Of a stretch of 64,000 nucleotides of DNA, positions 50,545 through 62,733 are shown piece by piece (within the stretch, counting starts at the first letter, position 1; every line of letters starts with the position of its first letter). A program made the translations under genes and the position numbers. Source of the stretch: Octopus sinensis. Taxonomy: Eukaryota. Under the pieces are notes generated by a model. The model saw nothing but the letters and a program-made list of their open reading frames with translations, searched no databases and was not told the DNA's origin. Where the stretch lies: NCBI RefSeq assembly GCF_006345805.1, contig NC_042999.1, positions 85,064,001 through 85,128,000 of the forward strand, given 5' to 3'.

Positions 50545-51600
50545 CCCAATCCAAATAGATCAGGTGCTAGAGCATAACATACCGGACCTAGTGGTGGTGG
50601 ACAAGGTGCACCACATATGCTATATATATAGCTGACGTTGCATGCCCCTTTAACCTACGAATAGTCAAGAAAGAAAGCAAAAATATACTTAAGAGGGTTG
50701 TATCTTAAGTACGGAATTCATAATAATAAGGTAATAGTGAAGCAAGTTTATTAAAAGCTGCTAGAGTCACAGCAAGACATAGAGAAACCAAAAACCCAAA
50801 CAAAGTTAAAAACCAGAAAAAAGAACAAATGTTATCTAACTAACAGAAAAAGGCTTTCCATGGTAGATTCTCAAAGACAGCTGCAGCAAACAGAAGTAGT
50901 GAGATATGGTTACGGTTACAGAAAGGAAGGTTGACGAGGGAGCAGAAAGTTTGTTAGTAGCAGCATAAGATCAAGAATTAAGGACTAATTGGATAAAAGC
51001 CAAGATACACAAAAATCAAATAGATTCCCACTGTAGGCTACGCAAATCAAAAGAGGAAAGTTTTACTCATATAGTAAGTGAATGTAGCATGCTGGCACAG
51101 AAAGAATACAAGAAAAGCCATGACAACCTAGGGAGAGTAATCCACAGGGAGTTATGTAGACCATACTGATAATTGATATGAACATGAACCTAGTAAACTA
51201 TTAGAAAGTAAGAAATGTAAGATGTTGTGGAACTTCAACTTTCAGACTGACAAAGTAATAGAACCTAGAAGGCCTGATTTAGTAGAAGTAGATAAAGATA
51301 ATAGAAAGTGTCAGATAATTGGCTTTACAGATCCAAATAACGAAAAAGTCAATATGAGAAGATAAGAAAAAATAGCAAAATAGCAGGACCTAATCATTGA
51401 ATTACAAAGATTATGGAAAGTGCGGGTAAAATTTATCCGAGTAGATGTAGGTGTATTGGGAACTATACCTAAAGATTTGAACAGATGGATAGAGGAAATA
51501 GCCATGAAACCCAGTTTAGTACAGCTCCAGAAAACAGTGTTATTAGGGACAACTAGGATGCTTAGGAGGGTTCTTGCCATCTAAGGTTACTTGCTGTAGC
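50545..51600 (+). mobile_element. Two adjacent decayed R4/Dong-like RLE LINE 3' fragments
   Basis: QIDQVLEHNIPDLVVVDK..ADVACP (50545-50720), then KAFHGRF..., AA*DQELRTNWIKAKI...CRL.KSKEESFTHIVSECSMLAQKEYKK.HD, WNFNFQTDKVIEPRRPDLV, LQKTVLLGTTRMLRRVLAI*. Confidence 0.8.
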
Positions 51601-51611
51601 CCGATGTTAGG

Positions 51612-51802
51612 AGAGGAAGAAGGAGAAGAAGAAGAAGAAGAAGAAGAAGAAGAAGGAAAAGAAGAGAAAAAGAAGAAGAAGAAGAAGAAGAAGAAGAAGA
51701 AGAAGAAGAAGAAGAAGAAGAAGAAGAAGAAGAAGAAGAAGAAGAAGAAGAAGAAGGAGACGACGACGACGACGACGATGATGATGATGATGATGATGAT
51801 GA
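51612..51802. repeat. (GAA)n-(GAC)n-(GAT)n microsatellite
   Basis: Direct reading. Confidence 0.95.
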
Positions 51803-52064
51803 TAAAATAGATACGTACGCTTAAATTTCCAGAATATGTTACCAGTCAAACCGTATGTCTTTTCCGCATTGTGAGTAACACCACAGCCCTTGAAGAATTT
51901 TGAGTATTCCATTGCTGTATAGTTCTTTTTAATACGCAGGGTTTCACATTCACCTTCTGTTTTAATGTTACTGTACTCAGAAATATGAATACACGTCACT
52001 ATAGTTGCACCGTAGATAACAACAGTTTTACTGTCTGTAAATAAAAGAAAAATAAGTATTTATT

Positions 52065-52465
52065 CTCTTTTCAACACAAGGCACAAGGTCCGGATTTTGG
52101 CGGGAGAAGGCCAGTCGATTAGATCGACCCCAGTGCGCAACTGGCACTTAATTTATCGACCACGAAAGGATGAAAGGCAAAGTCGACCTCGGCGGAATTT
52201 GAACTCAGAACGTAAAGACATACGAAATACCTGTTTCTTTATTACCCACAAGGGGCTAAACATAGAGGGGACAAACAAGGGCAGACAAACGGATTAAGTC
52301 GATTACATCGACCCCAGTGCGTAACTGGTACTTAATTTATCGACCCCGAAAGGATGAAAGGCAAAGTCGACCGCGGCGTAATTTGAACTCAGAACATAAC
52401 GGCAGACGAAGTACGGCTACGTATTTCGCCCGGCGTGCTAACGTTTCTGCCAGCTCGCCGCCTTA
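52065..52465 (-). mobile_element. Two tandem SINE family B copies (52065-52220 partial, 52225-52465 full)
   Basis: The core gaaaggatgaaaggcaaagtcgacc.cggcg.aatttgaactcagaac occurs twice. The second copy is near-identical to 10405-10646. Confidence 0.9.
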
Positions 52466-52476
52466 AAAGAAAATTA

Positions 52477-53742
52477 GCAGGTCATCCCAAAGTTCTGTCC
52501 GAATTTTGAATAAAGAAAACAAGTGATCAAATGTTATATTTAATTGAAATTTAATCATCAATGTACTTTCCTTGATTATCTATGACTTCCTTTCATCTAT
52601 TTACAAACTTTTTAATCCCATCAATGTAAAACTCTTTTGGTTTCAAAGCGAAGAACTCTGAAATGTCCGTTTCGACCTCCTCCTGGCTTGCAAAAGTTAT
52701 GTCCCTCAAATGATTCTGTAAACTATGAAAGAAATGGTAGTCTGAAGGAGCAAGGTCGAGAAAATAAGGTGGATGAGGAATTTTTTCACAACCAAGCTCT
52801 TCGATCTTCTGTGATGTGATCTTTGCAGTGTGGAGTTGCGCATTGTCCTGATGAAACATCACTCCTTTTCGATTCACTACAGCGGGTTTTTGTTTCTTCA
52901 AAGTTTGGTTCAAACGCTCTTATTACTGACAGTTGACTTGAGCATAGATTGTAACAATTCAAAGTGAATTGCTCTTTTGCAATCCCACCAGATAGAGAGA
53001 AGAACCTTTTTCCCATGAAGTTCCCTTCTCGGTTGTGGTTTTCCCCTTTTACCAAGCCACTGTTTACGACGGTTACCATTTCGATAGAAGATCCATTTAT
53101 CGTCACCAGTCACAAGTCTATCCAAAAAGGGTGAAATGAGTTCGCGATAATAGAGAAGAGCAGATGTCAACTCGGGATTTGCGGTTGCTTCCGGACAATT
53201 CATGAGGCACTCATTTTCCAAGTCTAGGAACATTTCCAAGTTGTTGAAGATGACGATGAACAGTTGTATGGTTTGAACTAAGCTTTATTGCCAATTCTTC
53301 AACTGATAATGCAGAATTTTCTTCAAGTAATGCCCCAAGGAGCTTATCATCAAACTTAACTGGACGTCCTTTTCGATCTTCATCTTCAAGGCTAAAATCT
53401 CCACTTCTGAATTTTGCAGACCATCTTCTGCAAGTTCTTTCATTCAAGCATTCTTTCCCATAATCTGAGTGTATGTTTCGAGTCGCTTCGTCTGCAGAGT
53501 TTCCTTTTTAGTAGTAATAAAGCATTATGTGCCTTAAATGCTCTTTGAATATTTCCGTGTTAGAAAGGGTTTTAATCAAAGAAATTTTTATTTTATCATT
53601 CTGTAAAGTAATATTTAATTAGTTTAAATGTACACAAATGCATAAAAATAATTTTTAATTCCATTAGACATTCTAAAATACTATTCAATTTCATTCCATT
53701 TTAAAAAAGGTAACTTCGGACATAACTTATGGGATGAACTCA
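52477..53742 (-). mobile_element. Full-length (~1.27 kb) mariner (DD34D) element with imperfect ~30-bp TIRs and TA flanks; transposase pseudogenised
   Basis: HLRHIMLYY, RRW.AKFRSGDFSLEDEDRKGRP, LVTGDDKWIFY, KKVLLSIWWD, HQDNA...HPPY.LDLAPSDY with 34 residues between the 2nd and 3rd D. TIRs are gcaggtcatcccaaagttctgtccgaattt and tgagttcatcccataagttatgtccgaagtt (rc). Frameshifts present. Confidence 0.92.
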
Positions 53743-53839
53743 TAGATATTGTCATTTGTTACGTGCATCAGTTCTATCGGTCAATTTATGTTTACATACT
53801 CTATGTATATCTGTGATACGTTTGTGCATGTGTATTATT

Positions 53840-55530
53840 ATTATTTTTTTTTTTTTTCTTCTTTCAAATTTGCTTCCATTTCTTGCCGAGTGTCTTCCCG
53901 ACTCCTAGGGCAAAGAAACTCATAGTATACAATGGTAGGCCATTAAACCAAACTCAGTAGTTCGTTCATTTTTTTTTTTAAGTTAAATTAAAATACATGA
54001 GCAGCAACAGTTCTCACATCGACAATGCTCTTCTCAATACGTGTGATGTACCAGTTAAGACAATCTTTTGCACTTCTTGCAGGGATGGTAAGCCAGGGAT
54101 CATTCTCATATAATTTTCGGTTCCCTTCTTGATCATTCCTAGTGCTCCTACGATCACTGGTATTGTAACCGCCTTGAGATGCCACATTTTCTCAATTTCA
54201 ATGAGTAGGTCTTTATATTTTCTGAGCTTGTCAAACTCTTTCGCTGAGATATTATGATCACAGGGGATGCTCATGTCGATCAATAAGCAAACTTTATTGT
54301 TTTGGTCTTTCACAACAATATCTGGTTTATTGGCCTTGATGGTTCGGTCTGTATGTACTGGAAAGTCCCACAGAATGGTTACATTTTCTCCTTCAGTTAC
54401 AGCCTCAGGGTGGTGATTATACCACTTGTCGGCAGTTTTGATATTGTAATGCCGACTTATTAGCCAGTGGAGATATTGGCCAACTCTGTCATGTCTTAAT
54501 TTATACTCCACTGGTGCTAAGACTTTACATCCAGAGATTAGGTGGTCCACTGTTTCAATCATGTCGTTGCAGAATCGGCATTTTGGGTCTGCTCCATTTT
54601 TCATCACATTGGCCTGGTAGTTCCGGGTTAATAGGCTTTGATCTTGAGCAGCCAGGATGAAACCTTCGCTCTCTGCTTTTAGCCCTGAGCTCCGTAGCCA
54701 CTGATGGGTTTGCTTCTGGTCAACATCAGCTTGTTTGCTGCGGGTCACATATTTGCCGTGCAGAGGTTTCTCCTCCCACCTATCAGCCAATTGCTCGTGC
54801 GCTTTTTTCATTGCCATCATTTTCACCTTCTTTGCAACAATAGTTGCCGTACTTCCCTCGGGTTGTTCAGTTTGGGTATCCTGCACGAGATCAATAGCAA
54901 ATCTTTTGCTTTCCTTTATGATAGAATGAAGCTTCTTTCGTCTCTCGTGATGTTCCACGAGCTTTAGCATCGAGTCATTCGATATTTCGAGATATTTGGC
55001 CAGTCCAATTGTGGTTGTTTTGTAAGCTAGTTCAAATTGGATCAGGCCTCGACCTCCTTGGGCTCTGGGAAGGTAAAGGCGATCTACGTCTGCCTTTGGG
55101 TGGTGCATCCTATTACAACTCAGCAGCTTGCGTATTTTTCTATCTATATTCTTTACTTCACTCATATTCCAGTTCAACACATTGTAGCTATAAGTAACAA
55201 CTGGAACTGCTAAGGAATTTATAGCTAACACCTTGTTACGTGCATTTAATTCAGATTTCAGGACTGCACGAACTCTCCTATAACATTCCTTCCTGATTTT
55301 CTCTTTCATGCTTGCATGCTGAATACCAGAGCCTTCATTTATCCCTAAATATTTGTATGTTTGTTCTTGCTCAAGCTCTCTTATGACTGTGTCAACATCT
55401 AACACGACTGAATTTGTGGTCTTCACTTTCCCTTTCTGGAAAGTGGCCTTGGCACACTTCTCAAGTCCAAACTCCATCCCGATGTCATCGCTGAATGCTT
55501 TCACGGTGCGCAATAGGCCTTCAAGTTCAT
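53840..55530 (-). mobile_element. 5'-truncated R4/Dong-like RLE LINE with uninterrupted 499-aa frame
   Basis: ORF 54014-55513: RT end (FSDDIGMEFGLEKCAK, YKYLGI), RLYLPRAQGGRGL, LKAESEGFILAAQDQ, CCHC knuckle CRFC..ETVDHLISGC, RHD, RLE PDIVV..LIDMSIP..K..KYKDL. 3' UTR ends in A/(AAT)n, (TAA)n upstream. Confidence 0.93.
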
Positions 55531-55546
55531 TTTATTATTATTATTA

Positions 55547-55601
<55 letters not shown>

Positions 55602-55689
55602 CCTTCGTAACAAAGTGTAGGTAGAAATGCACCGGAGTTTTTAGTCATTTGTCAAGTCACAACAATGACCCCAGACAGATGTGCGATGA

Positions 55690-56550
55690 TTGTTATTACA
55701 TGAAAACTCACAGCTTATTTTGCTGGGTATGATAGAAAGTGTCAGCTGTCCACAGCCAGCAGATTAAGGTGACACTTGGTTACTGGTCATGCTTCAAGAA
55801 CCCTGCGATGAATTCTTGCAGTTCCAAGCAGTGCTGATGTTTGTAAGTGTTCTACCTTTACACTTGCACCGATCTTTTTCAGCCATGCTGACAGTTGAGT
55901 GCTGATACTTCCAAGTGCACTATTTACTATGTATCACGTCTACTCTCTTCATTGACCACAACCTTCGTATTTCCCACTTTAAATCGTCGTAATTGCTTAT
56001 TTTTTCTTCGTCTTTCATATTGATCTTGTTGTCACCGGGGCATGCAATGTCGATAATCATACATGTTCTTTCTCTTTTATTCACCACAACGATGTCCGGT
56101 TTCTTATGTCTGGTCAGGTGATCGTACTGGATCATTACACACAACAGGATTTTGCAGTTCTCATTTTCGGTAACTCCTCCTGGGGTTTATTCATACCACG
56201 ACTTTACTCTTTGTAGGCTGTGATTTCCACAGAGCTTCCAATGGATCATTCTTGCCACATTGTCATGGCGTCGTTTGTATTCGCGTTGTGCCAATCTCGG
56301 GCATTCTTTAACGATGTGCCATACCGTTTCATCTCTCTCATCACATACTTTGCATTTGTCGCAATCGGTAGTGTTGTCAATTCTGCACTTCATATAATTG
56401 GTCCTTAAGGCTTGTTCATGAGCTGTGTGTATGAGTGCTTCTGTTCTTATCTTCAGGTCACTCCTTCTCATTCATATCCACTGGACTTCTGAATCTGTCT
56501 TGGCGTTTTCATCTCCTGCAAACTGAACGTACATTTTTCCATCCATGTTT
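55690..56550 (-). mobile_element. Decayed R4/Dong-like fragment (same subfamily as 13342-13670)
   Basis: LKIRTEALIHTAHEQALRTN..CKVCDERDETVWHIVKECP..RRHDNV; KPDIVVVNK..IIDIACPGD..K..YDDLKWEI; shared 3' UTR. Confidence 0.85.
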
Positions 56551-56769
56551 TTTCGTTTTTTGTCTATTTTTTGTTTAAATTTTTTTTAGTTACACAATTT
56601 TCAGTTTTGATGACGCCCGCCTTCTTCGTGTGTTTCAACAGTGGCTCCACGGCATTTTTATATACCACCTTAGGCTGTTTTCCTCTGCTCCGATACAGTC
56701 CTGGAAACTGATCAAACCTCTCCCATCCTTTCTTCTTTAAGCCAGAAGACACTAACCAATGATAGGTAA

Positions 56770-57110
56770 GTGTTTTTTCAACATCGGCATTGTTAGCTCT
56801 CTTTGGGTATTTTCAATTGAGAGGTTTTAATTGACATTTATCTGTAAGAATATCTAAGGCAGTAGTTTTAGCACGGGTTTTCATACGCTTAGATTTTTCT
56901 GTGCTTGTTTCCAGTATGTCTAATTCTGGGATTTGTTGTATTTGGAATTCACTTTGACCTTCCTTTGCCTGTTTTCTAACTGAGTATGATGCTTTCTTGT
57001 TTTTATGCTTTAAGACAAGTTTTAACATCCAGTCATCATGGTTTTTCGGGTAGGTGTTTAGACCAAGTATGGCAATCTTCATTGTTAATTCCAGTCATAA
57101 ATACCCATGG
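56770..57110 (-). mobile_element. R4/Dong-like internal fragment
   Basis: MKIAILGLNTY...WMLKLVLKH.NKK.SYSVRKQA parallels YKTTTIGLAKY..SMLKLVEHHE..KLHSIIKES of the 499-aa ORF. (TAA)n lies upstream. Confidence 0.7.
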
Positions 57111-57117
57111 CCACTCT

Positions 57118-57178
<61 letters not shown>

Positions 57179-57187
57179 TATTATTCA

Positions 57188-58340
57188 GTAGTTTTATTTT
57201 TATAGCGTGCTTTCACTTCACTACCCAGCGCGGCTGTGTGTGCCTTGGGTATGTGCTGTGATTTGTTGTGATGCTCTGATGGTTATTGTATGGAAAGTGT
57301 TCTGCGTAGGATGTGTGCAGTGCCTAGTAGTGCAATTTTCTGTATGTTATATGTGTTTGTAAGTCCTGGTGTTTTTGTTATGTATTTGTCTGAATATTTT
57401 TTTATCATGCCTAATGCACCTACTATGATAGGAATTGTTTCTGCTTTTAGATTCCACATTCTGGTTACCTCTATTTCCAGGTCTTTGTATTTTGAAAGTT
57501 TCTCCATTTCTCTTAGAGACACGTTGTCATCTGCCGGTATTGATACATCAATTAGAAAGCATTTTTTCCTTCATGATCTCTGACAACTATATCTGGTCTG
57601 TTGGCCTTAATTTCTCTATCTGTGTGTATCGGCATATCCCAGAGTATGGTTGCTTTCTCGTTTTCTGTGACCTTTTCTGGTGTGTGCCTATACCATCTTT
57701 TTTCTGTTGTTATTCCATAATGTTGGCATAGCTTCCAATGTATGTAGGTTCCAACTCTGTCATGTCTGTGAATATATTCCTTCTTAGCCAGGACTGGGCA
57801 GCCAGAGATAATATGATTTATTGTTTCTTGTCCATCTCCACATATTCTGCAGTTACTTGTTATATTTCTTTTCATTACATATTTTTGGTAATTTCTGGTG
57901 GGGAGGCTTTGGTCTTGTGCTGCAATTAAAAATCCCTCCGTCTCTGCTTTGAGTCCTGAGCTTCTCAACCATTGCTGGAACTTTTCTTTGTCTATTTCTT
58001 TTGCATTTAGTTTAGTCCAGTATTTACCATGAAGGGGCTTTTCTTGCCATCGTTTTATCATGGTTCTTTGCTGTTCTAGTTTTAGTTTGGATTTCATTTG
58101 TTTTATAGCTTTTGTTGTTTCTTCATCTTCTTCTTCTTCTTCATATTTATTAGGTGGTATGATTTCTTGTTTGTATTTGTCAGCTTCCTTAAATACTGAG
58201 AACAGTTTTTTGTTTTGCTCGTGTTTTGCCGCTATTTGTATCAGTTTTCCTTCCTTCTGAAGTAGATATTTTTGCAGTCCTATGGTGGTTATTTTATAGT
58301 CGTTTTCCAGCTGTATAAGGCCTCTACAGGCCTTATACAG
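57188..58340 (-). mobile_element. 5'-truncated R4/Dong-like LINE (one frameshift)
   Basis: ORFs 57552-58406 and 57283-57522: GLIQLE..KITTIGL, EKPLHGKY, LKAETEGFLIAAQDQ, CRICGDGQETINHIISGC, HRHDRV, RPDIVV, EKLSKYKDL, LLGTAHILRRTLS. Confidence 0.92.
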
Positions 58341-58344
58341 CTTA

Positions 58345-58825
58345 TTATTATCATTATTTTTTTTCCTTCTTTCTTCAAAGTTTCTCGCCGAGTGTTTTCC
58401 ATACACCTAGGGCAGAGAAGGGCATTGTATGCATTCCCAGATTACACGCGCAAATTCACAGATAAAATATGTATTTAAAAATTAATAAATAAATGAATTC
58501 ATGGATGGATGTTATTGTCACAGCGATAGTGTTCTTCTCAGTACATGAGCCGTTCCAGTTAATACGATTTTTTGCACTTCCTGTAGGGATGGTGAACCTG
58601 GAATCATTTTCAAATAGGTTTCAGTACCTTTTTTTATCATTCCTAGAGATCCTACAATCACTGGTACTGTAGTCGCCTTGAGATGCCACATTTTTTCAGT
58701 TTCTATTAGCAGGTCTTTATATTTACTAATCTTGTCAAATTCTTTCGCCGCTATATTGTGATCACAGGGAATACTCATGTCAATTAATAAACACATCCTT
58801 TTTGTCTGATCTTTTATAATAATAT
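58345..58825 (-). mobile_element. Short R4/Dong-like 3' fragment (same subfamily as 53840-55530)
   Basis: ORF 58518-58796 CLLIDMSIPCDHNIAAKEFDKISKYKDLLIE..WHLKA..QEVQKIVLTGTAHVLRR is near-identical in protein to the C-terminus of the 499-aa ORF. Confidence 0.9.
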
Positions 58826-59145
58826 CTTATTAGTATTATTATTATTATCATCATCATCATCATCATCATCATCTTTATTTTTATTTTTAAAAAGCGTTTG
58901 ATTCGACCCCAAGCAGCTTAAAGTTTCGTGGAGTCGGCGCAAGAACCTGATTCATTAGATGCTTGTGCTGCTCCTATGAAACTGTTGATCCCATGAAAGT
59001 TTATATTTATATATACATTCACCACTACTTCAAAATTGCGCAACAATTCTCTGTCTTTATCTTGTTTTTTTATATCAAAAACATTAAACTTAAGATTTTG
59101 CTCTTACGAATACAATAACATCTTTTAATGTCATTTGTTACTTAC

Positions 59146-59379
59146 CGATTCGTTGGTAGTACTCCCTGTACGGACATTCACTAGGTGTCAAAGTGATACC
59201 AGTTGCAGCACTGATAGAATATAGCTGACAAGTTTTTACGAGATCATCGAAGTTAAATGATTTACATTTAGTATTATTCATACATCTGTGCGCACATTTT
59301 TCCACATGTTCAAATTTCAATTCTTCCAGAAAAGTTCCTTTTATATAAGCCACCGACACACGGATAAACATATGCATTA
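59146..59379 (-). CDS. Host-gene exon encoding a PAN/apple domain (phase 1-1, 234 nt)
   Basis: Peptide ..YIKGTFLEELKFEHVEKCAHRCMNNTKCKSFNFDDLVKTCQLYS.. fits the PAN pattern C-x3-C-x5-C-x-SF-x-F-x6-C-x-L. Acceptor ttttttcttccag (59380-59392) and donor gtaagt (59140-59145). Confidence 0.85.
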
Positions 59380-59447
59380 CTGGAAGAAAAAATTCAGATA
59401 TACATATTAATATGTGTGTGCGTGTATGTATGTGAGTGTGTGTGTAA

Positions 59448-59480
<33 letters not shown>

Positions 59481-59712
59481 CTCTTTATCTTTTATTAAAC
59501 TTTTAATACTTTTGATATATATTTAAAATAATATAAATTAAATTAATTTTATGTATTGGCTTATGTTTTTCAGCGTTTGATTTGCCTAATAGTGGTTTTA
59601 TCTCTAATATAATATAATATAATATATTTATACTATAAAATTGGATATAATCCTAAATCTGATTTTTCCCTGTAAGTTTGGATTTATTCCCTAATATTTT
59701 ATTATATATATA

Positions 59713-59772
<60 letters not shown>

Positions 59773-60802
59773 CATATTTATATATATATCAATGTTTGGC
59801 AATTCGTACGTGCATATATGGCCATGGAATTAGACATTTATGAGCGTATGTATCAATATATATGGATGAATCCCCTGCGTTACGGTTATCTCAGCTTAAG
59901 AGATTTCCAGCTTATGGAAATTGTAAAGTATGATTTTTAAATTCTGGATAACTTCTGCAATTTCATTCTTACGGAAACTCGGTTTGTGTAATTTTTAATT
60001 GTGAACAATTTAAAACTACAATTTCCTCTCAATGGGCCTTTGCGTTGTAATTAAGATCAAAAATATAGTTAACAATTTGAAAAATTATCATCATGTTACA
60101 TACATACATGCACACATGTTATATAGTGATCATAATGTATAAATGAATGTATATGTATGCATGCATATATGTATGTATATACGTTGTATGCACGTATGTA
60201 TATATGTGTGGGTTTCTATCATCAACACCAACACAACTACTAACAGTAACATGAAGATATTGTATGAAGAAGATAAGCAAATCCGTTTCAAATGAAAATA
60301 TATAATGTGGTAACATAGTGTATTTTAAAAGTTGAATGAAATGTCTTGGATCTTAAGTCTATGAGGGTTGTCTTGAAGCTAAACAGCCACAACATTGCAA
60401 TTAGCAAGAACAATATAGCCAACACACCACCAACAATAATCGCCCACCATCCATAACATCTAAACCCGTGCAACCCACATTATCACCATTATCAACAACC
60501 AACTTTCAAATCCAACAGGCTGCAACAGATATCAGCATGTACGCCAACACATACATGTACATGAACGTGTGTGTGGGGGTGTGTGTGAATGTGTACGTAT
60601 GTGTGTTCGTGTGTGTGTGTGTATATGTGTGTGAGTATGTTTTAAGTCAGAAGTGCAAGGAGCGGATTGCCTGTAAAATTTGGTGACCTTTCACCTAACT
60701 GCAATTATATAATACTTTCTCTTCTTCAGTCCTTCAACTTTTCATTTCATTTGCGTTATTACATCCATAGGATAAGACAATTTTCCACTTTCTGAATTTC
60801 CC

Positions 60803-60855
60803 GCTCTCACAATTTTCCGGTCTCATAATTTTCAGCTCTCACAATTTTCCGCTCT
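60803..60855. repeat. 16-bp minisatellite (gctctcacaattttcc x3.3), probably the subterminal repeat of the Tigger element
   Basis: Units at 60803, 60819 and 60835, just upstream of the Tigger HTH. Confidence 0.75.
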
Positions 60856-60929
60856 TTCTTTCCTAGGCCAATTGTTTTTACTACATGTGGATAATTAATC
60901 GCAGATGTTGTTAAATTTACCTTCATTTT

Positions 60930-62000
60930 AAGATGTCAGCAAAGAAACAATGAAGAAGGTAATAGTGCGAAAAGGAACTGTACAGGGATCATACTGGATA
61001 TTAAACTTGATGTTTTAAAAAGTCTTAATAAGGGAGAACTAAGTTATAGAGCCAAAACATTAAATACTGCAACGTCTACAGTGGGAACGATACGTGACAA
61101 TAGAGAGAAAATTATGTCAAATGCTCAAAAAGATACTCAGTGTTTGCCCAGACCCTATTTTTCCATACCTCCAATGTAATGCCGAAAATAAAACGTCTTT
61201 CTGGTATATAGATGATCGAAGATCAGAATCCGCCTAACGTGCCGATAAACACGATAGTAATTTTAAAAAGCGCCAAAACTTTATATGGCGATTTTCTAAA
61301 AAAATCGAATTTGAAATTTCTAATGAAGAACTCTTTTTGGCTGGCAAAGCTTGTTTGAAAGCTGCAAGAATTGCATGAATTTGCATGACATATAAATGAC
61401 TGGTGAAACTGCGAGTGCTAATACAGAGATTGCTACTAGTTATCTTGAGCAGCTGAGAAATTGGTTGTTGAAGGGCTAAACACCAGAGCAAATATATAAT
61501 ACTTAGGAAACTACACTTTTCTGGAAGCGCATGTCTGCTAGAACTTCTATTTCTCGAGAGGAAAAATCAACACAAGCATTTAAAGCTTCTAAAAATCCTC
61601 TGACATTTCTTTTGAGAGGAAATGCTACTAGTGACATGAAATTAAAAGCCTTACTCGTTTGATCTACCTCTGATTTGGGTATGAACAAAAGTAAAGCCAC
61701 TAAGCTAGAAAATCGTATAAAAATCCATACCACGTGTTACTGAGTCTAAAAAATGCAAGTTATGCGTAGCTGAATGATCGCATATACTTTTTAAAACTAA
61801 GAATTCCACCGCACTGCTGAATTCCAAATGAGAAATTTTCAGCAAATGCAAACATATGGCCAAGTTTCTTTTGACGAATTGGAGAACACTCCACCTCATC
61901 TCGGGATTGAGCAGCTGTATCGCAGACTTTGACCCCTTCTGTTGATTATACACCAACTAGCTTTATTGCTTCTCGGACAAAGAAGACATGATTCTAATTC
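60930..62000 (+). pseudogene. Tigger/pogo-family transposase relic
   Basis: KRNCTGIILDIKLDVLKSLNKGE..STVGTIRDNREKI (HTH), MTGETASAN, EQIYNT*ETTLFWKRMSART.ISREEK..AFKASK..LTFLL.GNA..DMKLK. Confidence 0.85.
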
Positions 62001-62372
62001 TCTTCTTTTTTACTTTTCTTTTTCTGTTTTATTTTTCCCCCTTCCAATTTCTGGACCATCTTTTCCTCGTTTTTTCCTTGTGATTTCTCTTGTTCTGTCG
62101 TCCCGATCTGTAACTTGTATTGATCATAGCTCAGAGCCCACATATTGCTTTGAAACACTAGGTGTGCTATTAAAACCTACATATACAACATCTCCAGTGT
62201 ATGAAATTAAGTGAAGCACATAACTATATTTTATATGGATTAAACAGTGTTTATCTCAGACAGTATGGAGTATTTTTTGTTGATCATACCTTAACAGAAA
62301 AGTAAACTAAATCTATGTGTACGTGTATGAGTGCTTGTGTGTATGTGTCCGTGTGTATATAAATGTATGTAC

Positions 62373-62411
<39 letters not shown>

Positions 62412-62697
62412 CAGTGTGTGTGTGCAGTGTGCAAGTACGTGCTTTTTGAATGTGAAAACAATGTTTCTCTGCAACGTGATGTGCTGTAATTATAATTGCG
62501 TTTGACGAATTCAGTAGGTGGAAAGATATTGTTTAAACCTCGCCACTCGAAATCCAAGTCATCTGATTTTTCATTTGATGTTTTCGATGAGCATTATCAA
62601 AAGATATGTTTTACATCCTCTTGTTTAACATATTATTGCTTCAAAAATTAAAATGGGAAAAGGGAAAACACCAGAGATTCATATACTGAAAACTTAC

Positions 62698-62733
62698 CTG
62701 GTTGTAAGAAAGCTGGATCGATGATAGGTGGGG
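62698..62733 (-). CDS. 36-nt phase 1-1 micro-exon (xPPIIDPAFLQP-), probably spliced to the PAN exon
   Basis: Acceptor tttgtattttcttttatcatttag, donor gtaagt (62692-62697). The length is a multiple of 3 and the phase is compatible, giving ..AFLQP-V-MHMFIR.. Confidence 0.6.

Noticed and set aside
60288-60473. Minus-strand ORF with a transmembrane-looking stretch (WWAIIVGGVLAILFLLIAMLWLF), a possible extra exon of the PAN gene
   Set aside because: It derives from CAA/CAC-rich low-complexity sequence; the frame is closed just upstream and no good phase-compatible acceptor/donor pair was found.
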